Shown here piece after piece: positions 62,176 to 64,000 of a stretch of DNA of 64,000 nucleotides. The translations under genes were made by a program, and so were the position numbers. The stretch comes from Octopus sinensis (lineage: Eukaryota), in the NCBI RefSeq assembly GCF_006345805.1, contig NW_021836291.1, positions 1 through 64,000 of the forward strand, in the 5' to 3' direction. Each line of letters begins with the position of its first letter. Positions within the stretch are counted from its first letter, which is position 1. The notes beneath the pieces were generated by a model, which saw only the letters and a program-made list of their open reading frames with translations, did not search any database and was not told the origin of the DNA.

Positions 62176-63147
62176 TCAGTCAGATTCGACAAAGTCATCC
62201 TCGTATAAGGCCTCCTCGTATATCCCCACCTCCTTCACTTCGGGCTTGCTAATGACCACTTGAACAGTCTCAGAGAGATCGTGGGCGAGTCTACCACTGT
62301 CGTAAAACGAGTTACCTTCTGAATGACGAAAGCGAAACCGCAACCTGGGATTGTACATCACGGAAAAATAAAACGACAGAATTCCGTAAAAAACCCAGCA
62401 ACTGAGACTTGTGTCGACTCCTGTGAGGAATGATGGAATATTCGTAGAGATCCGCGAGACTATTTAATGAGAGTTGACGTCACCTTAAAATAAGTTCGCC
62501 AGGAATGGCTTTAAACCCGCAGACTCGTGCCAACTGCCATAAAACGGTCACGGAATCCGCAGCCAAGCCTACAGAAGACTCAAAACTCGCGGAAATTCCG
62601 TGGATAACCTGACCATCTTAAAACACACTGACCAAATGTGCCATTCCATAAAACTCGTTCACGTCTTTCTGTAAATCCACAAACTGGCGGAACTTGTTGG
62701 TGATTTCCTCGCACACCAAATCGTCATTGCCGTACAGTCCGCAAAAGTTGGCCAAGTTGTCGAATGTAAAGATTTTTTGCAGACCAGCGCACTCCTCGGT
62801 GATTTTCTGCATTATTGTTAATAAATTAGACTGATAGACGGAGAATTATCAAAAACACAAATTGGTGTATTTTTTCGTTGAGACGGCGAATGTTGAGGGG
62901 GAGACTGTCCAGTTCAAAGTGTCTATCACTGAAACGAGGTCGCCTACCTTGGGGATTCCAGAAGATATGAGCGAATTAGCTCTGAGAGTTCCGGAAATTT
63001 GAATTCCTTGCAGAATTCGTGGGGATTTAGTTTGAGCAGCGAGTTTAAATCTTGGGAAATGCATTCGAGGTATTCCTCCCAGTCGACTTTGGAAGCAGAA
63101 AGAGGCGATTTGTATTTCAAATAGGCAAACCTCCCCAAGACAGACAT
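62176..63147 (-). CDS. ASCC2: ASCC2-like protein, strongly shortened
   Basis: YKSP...EEYLE.ISQDLNSLLKL...SYLLESPR; HQFVFLIILRLS; LANFCGLYG; LADLYEYSIIP; terminal LYEDDF motif; several mini-introns. Confidence 0.72.
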
Positions 63148-63653
63148 CAAACGTGAAAATTAATATAATTTTTAAATATATTAAATCTAGAATTATATGT
63201 TGAGTTCTCCTAAATATCGTTTTATTTTTTACGCACATATAGTGGAGGACATTAGTAGGGTGAAATATGATGGGTTATTGTCGTCAGGTGACTATAAGAG
63301 ACAATATGTCTGAAGAATGTAAAGTAGTTAATTATCTTTAGTTAGTACAATCCGATTGGGTTAATAGAATGTCATTAATTATTCTAGAAGAATAAGGTCA
63401 GTTGCCAATATAATGCAGCTTTAAACCAAAATGATGATTTGATCGAATTTTGAAATTTATTATTTTTGTTTGTCTCAGTGGAAAGGGCATTCTGAGGTGG
63501 CAAAGTTGTCTCTAAAGTGCTTGATTCGATCTCAGTGCCAGGGATAGCCTGAGGTGGTAGAGTAGTCTTTTATGTATTACTCAATTAAAGATACTTACAT
63601 TTGGCTTTACGATTGGGTTACTCAGAGATTCTTAAATATCTGTGAAATGAATA

Positions 63654-64000
63654 CTAACCTTCACAAATTGTCATTAATTTAGTGTTAGTATCTTCTGAAA
63701 TATAAATATTACCATTTTCAATAACGAATCCGTCATCTATTGAATGTCGGACTGCCCCAAATAATATTTCCCTCCTAACGACAAATCTATTTGTGTTGAA
63801 ACGATTCATACTTTGTAGATACTGTCGAACTGAATCTCCAACAGCCGCGGCCAATTTAGCGTTGTACATTTCGCATTTATTTTTCTGGGAAATGAAATTT
63901 TTTGGTTTTTCCAACGTGAAAAAACACTTGTCCTCAATACAATGCCGGCTCCCTAAATGTGATGTATTATGCATTTACGCTGGGGACTCAAAGTAGTCCT
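63654..64000 (-). CDS. Partial hypothetical gene at the window end
   Basis: 106-aa open frame; no family recognised. Confidence 0.25.

Noticed and set aside
63585-63620. ATACTTAC resembling the U1 snRNA 5' end
   Set aside because: The match stops after 8 nt; no U1 stem-loops or Sm site follow.

Overview
AT-rich eukaryotic (animal) nuclear DNA, not prokaryotic; many track ORFs with GTG/TTG starts are exon fragments or antisense shadows. About 20 compact genes sit in GC-richer islands and are split by extremely short GT-AG introns (21-28 nt in the ones I delimited). That intron size points, by inference, to a dicyemid mesozoan or a similarly reduced parasite. Recognisable genes: ARFGAP2/3-like, HP1-like (chromo-shadow), LRRC63-like, malectin, Dlx, YIPF6, a CD225/dispanin protein, membralin, NTMT1, PLA2G15/LCAT-like, DAP3, MRPS18C, hnRNP Q/R, WAC-like, RPL4, UBE2A/B, TOR1AIP-like, MRPL9 and ASCC2-like. 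Between them are many mostly broken transposons: APE-type LINEs, RTE-like 3' ends, CRE and other restriction-like-endonuclease (RLE) retrotransposons, hAT, Tc1/IS630, a Merlin and a Helitron carrying a minisatellite. Most interesting: (1) co-directional genes separated by only 5-10 nt (PLA2G15 to NTMT1) and about 35 nt (MRPL9 to TOR1AIP) with no splice-acceptor AG in the spacer; (2) a secreted, probably GPI-anchored protein in which a truncated CAP domain is followed by tandemly duplicated Thr-rich exons; (3) an HP1 lacking most of its chromodomain; (4) a Merlin transposase with three host-sized mini-introns; (5) a Helitron abutting a MAP-kinase fragment, with the whole block framed by a 48-bp duplication; (6) a CUE-less ASCC2. 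Family assignments come from motif recognition by eye, not database searches.
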